A DNA stretch of 64,000 bases from Takakia lepidozioides (Eukaryota > Plantae > Bryophyta): the NCBI GenBank assembly GCA_030704615.1, contig CM060733.1, positions 43,524,001 to 43,588,000 of the forward strand. Reading direction: 5' to 3'. Shown one piece after another: positions 59,815 through 64,000 of this stretch (its first letter is position 1; each line of letters starts with the position of its first letter). A model generated the notes under the pieces. The model did not search any database and was not told where the DNA came from. It worked only from the letters and a program-made list of their open reading frames with translations. The position numbers and the translations under genes are program-made.

Positions 59815-62800
59815 ATGGCCTCTTGGATGATGTTGCTGCTTTTGCTGCATTTGCACCACCACCTGTCCCTGATCTCAGTCCTGAAGGTAAGAAAGCCCTC
59901 ACCAAAGTGCTATCTGAAATCAAGTTGGGTACTACCCTCTCCTCAGGACAAAGAAAAAGAGTCAACTGAGAGGCTTATTGCCAAAATTCTAGATGTCTTC
60001 AGCTTGGGGTCCACTCATTTAGAACGCACTCCCATTCTTCAACATAACATTGTTACCGAAGGGCCTCCTATCAAACAATTTGCTTACCGAGAGAGTGTCA
60101 AGGAACGTGCTATAGTCCAAGGAGAAGTCCAGAAAATGCTTGATGCTAGTGTGATTAAGCCATCAGTTTCTCCTTGGGCTTGTCCAATTGTCTTGGTTGG
60201 AAAGAAAGATGGCACCACCCGCTTTTATGTTGACTTCAGGAAACTGAATGACATCACCAAGAAGGATGCCTACCCACTGCCTAGGATCAATGAGACCTTG
60301 GACCAATTGCATGGTGCTACAATTTTCTCCTCTCTTGATCTTGCATCTGGTTTTTGGCAAGATCCTCTCATTGAAGCAGCCAACGAAAAGACCTCATTTG
60401 TGTGTCGCATGGGCAAATACCAGTATGAGACCATGCCCTTTGGTTTGTGCAATGCCACCTCTACCTTCCAGCGCCTCATGGATATTGTCTTGGGTAATCT
60501 TCGCTAGGAATGTCCTTAATTTATGTAGATGATATCAATGTGTATTCAGCCAGTTTTGATGCCCACTTGACTGACCTGCAGCGTGTTTTCAGCAAATTGC
60601 GTACTGCGGGCCTCAAAATGAAGCCAAAGAAGTGTGAGCTATTCATGCATGAGCTACACTTTCTTGGTCATATCCTCTCCAATGATGGTTTGCTTCCTGA
60701 TCCTGCCAAGCTTGAGTCTGTTTGGGCTTTCCTATTCCCAGGGATAAACATTGTATCAAATCCTTCCTTGGTCTGCCTTCTTATTATAGACGCTTCATAA
60801 ATTTTTTTGCCAAGCTTGCCCACCCTCTAACCAAGGTATTGTGCAAGGATGTCAGGTTTGAATGGACCTTCTCCCAACAAGCTGCATTTGACACCCTTCG
60901 CAAGGCTTTGTGTTCGGCCCCCATCCTAATGTTTCCCAACTTTGAACTACCTTTCCTGCTTCAGACTGATGCATCGGATGTTGCCATTTTTGCAATCTTA
61001 TGTCAAGTTGTAGAAGGCAAGAAGCATGTTATAGCTTATGCATCTCGTCGTCTTGATCGTCATGAAAGGAACTATTCCATATCTGACAAGGAGGGTCTGG
61101 CCTGAGTATTTTGATGTGAAGCATTTCAGGCAATATTTGCATGGTAGCCGGTTTGTGGTAGAGACTGATCATCTTCCACTTACGGCTCTTGTTAAGCCAA
61201 AGGAACTTCATGTCAGACTTGCTAGATGAGCTATGTACCTGCAGGAATTTGACATGGATATGGTCTACAAGAAGGGCAAGGAAAACACAAATGTTGATGC
61301 ACTTACACGGGTTGATCCTCCTGTCAGCAGACCTATGCTCACCTTGGATGACCTTGCTGCTACTGATGCAGTACCTCCTCCTGATCCTGCCCCTCTTCTC
61401 AACCTTCTTTGTGTAGATCAGCACCCCTTGGCCTTGGATTCCCATGGCATATTGGCTGCTTGGGGCTGGTCTAGCCTTCTTGATGATCCTGATTGATTTA
61501 TTCATGTGTTAGTATGTGTGGTGGATTTATCGCTTAGAGAGAATTCGGATGGTTTGGTGGAAGTTCCTTGTTGTGTTTCAGCTCTACTCTTTCCTAGGCC
61601 CTCGAGTATGTTGTAATTCAGCTGCTGCACTCCGGTATGACTATTGGCTTGAGCCTCAAGGCCTGATTTGGCTATCCATGAGTAATAACAAATGAGGTGA
61701 AGGTATCCCTGGCTGGAGATCATAGGTGCAGACACTCCAGACCACCTTATCTAAAGCCCATTGTCTACCTCTTATGTGCAGTGCAGTCATGGACGATCAG
61801 CTACATGCTGCGCTACTCCAGCGATGCCAATCATGGCGTTCGCTAGCTGGCCTTTCCGAGTCATTGTGTAAACAAATTCTCTATCATGTGTCTACTCACC
61901 GTTTCATGGGTGATAAGCTTTTCAAGGAGCTCACTAGAGGGGAGCCATGCTACTTGGAGGTGCCACCACGGAGCCAGCTGAATGCTTTATTGGAGCACTT
62001 CCATTTTTCCTTGTATGCAGGTTACCTTGGCATCAAGAAAACCGTGGCTCGCAAGCATCACTAGCCTTGGAACGCAAAGGCCGGACTTCTACCCACTTAG
62101 TCAAGTAACACAAAGGTAGCTTTGACCCTTTGATGTGAGTGCGAGGGGTCCTACTAAGTCAATGCCAACACGAGCAAAAGCATGGGTGACAGGCAAAGGC
62201 TACAGCTCATACAAGATCCGGGCCCTAGGGAGAGCAATGTTAGCACGACAACCTTCACATTTAGAGATGAATTCCGTGACGTCTCAGTGAATGCCCAGCC
62301 AATAGAGTTCAGTTCTTCTTCAATGAGATCCTCATGCGGCATGGGTGGCATCGGGAGATACTAACGGATCAGGGCAAGGAGTTTTGCAACCAGCTCCTCA
62401 CGGTGGTTTGCTTCATTTTTGGTGTTAAGCACTCCACCACAACCCCATACCATCCCCATACCAATGGCCTTACGGAATGCTTCAACCAAACTCTTTGCCG
62501 AATGTTGGAAAAGAATGGCACACTTACTAGGGAGTGGGATACCTTTCTTCCCCTTATTCTCTTTGCTTATCGCACTACGGTGCATGCTAGCACCAAGGAG
62601 ACTCCTTTTGAGTTGTTGTATGGTCGCAAGTGTGTTTCTCCTTTGCATTCTACCCCTCTTATCTCTATTGTTGCTGATCTGGTTGATCTTGATACTTTTG
62701 TTGAGGATCTTCATGCTCGGCATGCGGTGTCTATCCATGATGCCAAAACGAACATTGGTAAGGCTTAGCTAACCCAGGCCCGTAATTTTAATAAGCGTGT

Positions 62801-62928
62801 CAAGTATTCTAACTTGTTTCAGGTGGGACAGACCGTGTGCGTTTGATTACAACATGGCAAGCATGCATGCAAATCTAAGCTCAAGACCGACGGTCCATAC
62901 TTGATCTATCAGATTTTACGTGGGCGAC
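59815..62928 (+). pseudogene. pol: Degenerate Ty3/Gypsy pol (RT-RH-INT) of a different family
   Basis: VDFRKLN..TKKDAYPLPRI, MPFGLCNA, YVDD, LQTDAS, TDQGKEF. Many stops and frameshifts. Confidence 0.9.
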
Positions 62929-64000
62929 TGTTAGAGGACTGTCTGGGACTTAGACACTTATACGGCATCTGTAGGGTACACTTAATATTTGCACAGACTG
63001 AGATCAACAGGAGCCTTAGGGGTGACAGCAGCACACTGAAAAAGGGGGTTACACAGTCCATCACAGCCAACACAGCCCGTCACAGTCGTCACAGCCGACA
63101 CAGCCATCACAGCCAACACAGCCCGTCACAGCCGACACAGCCACACAGCCAGTCACAGCTTGACACAGCGGTCACGACCATAGGGAACGGAGAGCAGGAC
63201 AGGGAACGACTGTGGGGAACAACACCTGCAAATGGAACATGTTAGTTCACGAACGACGGTTAGTGAGGGAAACGGTTAGAGCCACGGGTAGGAAGATAAA
63301 GGGAGAAGCAAGGACTGAGAAGGGAGGATTATTCTTGGAAGCACGTGAGGGGAAGGACTTCTTGGTCAGGGAAGAGAGGGGACCGGGCGGAGAGCAAGAA
63401 CGGAAGCAGGCATGGAGAGCACGGTGAAGGAGGAGAGATGATTACCAGATGCTTGTTATATGCAAAGCTGTAGTGATATTGTAGAGCAGATTAGAGACAA
63501 AATGGCTTCGGCTTGATACCTGATAAATCATAATCTGATACTTATACGATACAATCACACTGTATAGAGATATCTGAGTGAAGCTGTGGAATGAGTGGAT
63601 GAGTTGATGGAATCCGATAGATTGATGAAGCAAACTGATACTTAATTATCAACGGTAAGGTAGCTAACATGAATGCGGAAAGGGAAACAAATAGGAAATA
63701 CCCCCATGATACACTAGCTGTAGGTCATGACTGATTGTTCTGAGCGGGCTGAGTACTTAGATTTCCAACTCTTCTATCTTGGAGTTTCCGCCTCGGATAG
63801 CGAAGGGATGGGTGAGTAAAAGTCGCGCGACATTTGGCGACCATACTGGGGAACTGAGTCATGAACAACCAGATGTGACAGACATCTGGTGGGATCATGG
63901 TGGTTGGACCATTAAAGAATTTGAAGTGAATCAAATTCCCTGTGGAACGAAGGAAGAAAGATTGTCCAAACAATTCTTTCAAAGGTTCTTGGAATTGCCA
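62929..64000 (+). mobile_element. Ty3/Gypsy copy 3: 5' LTR (62929-63832), PBS (63835-63852) and start of the internal region
   Basis: Highly similar to ~2648-3717. Inserted into the older pol remnant. Confidence 0.93.

Overview
Eukaryotic, transposon-dense DNA from a land plant. PLS-type PPR fragments, GT-AG introns and Athila-like retroelements point tentatively to a fern or lycophyte (inference). There are two 500-N assembly gaps and no intact host gene. The window holds several nested copies of one Ty3/Gypsy LTR family with extra ORFs on both sides of gag-pol, an older Gypsy pol remnant with an internal inversion, a hAT MITE, and a Pack-CACTA carrying PPR and OSB-PDF-like exon fragments plus a SINE. 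It also holds four large Mutator-like (MULE) DNA transposons from about three subfamilies, which are the main finding. One copy is complete (22246-35988, TIRs, 9-bp TSD CCTTCTTGA). It pairs a GCM-like/DDE/SWIM transposase with a divergent spliced gene encoding a ParB/Srx-like domain (VWDGNHR) fused to a beta-class N6A/N4C DNA-methyltransferase-like domain. The element carries dozens of copies of a CpG-rich palindrome, which in the copies I located sit in non-coding DNA and are mostly about 63 bp apart. A diverged relative has a homologous ParB gene but a different palindrome at about 115.5-bp spacing. This suggests a transposon-encoded, parS/ParB-like self-recognition and DNA-modification (anti-silencing) system; the function is inferred, not shown.
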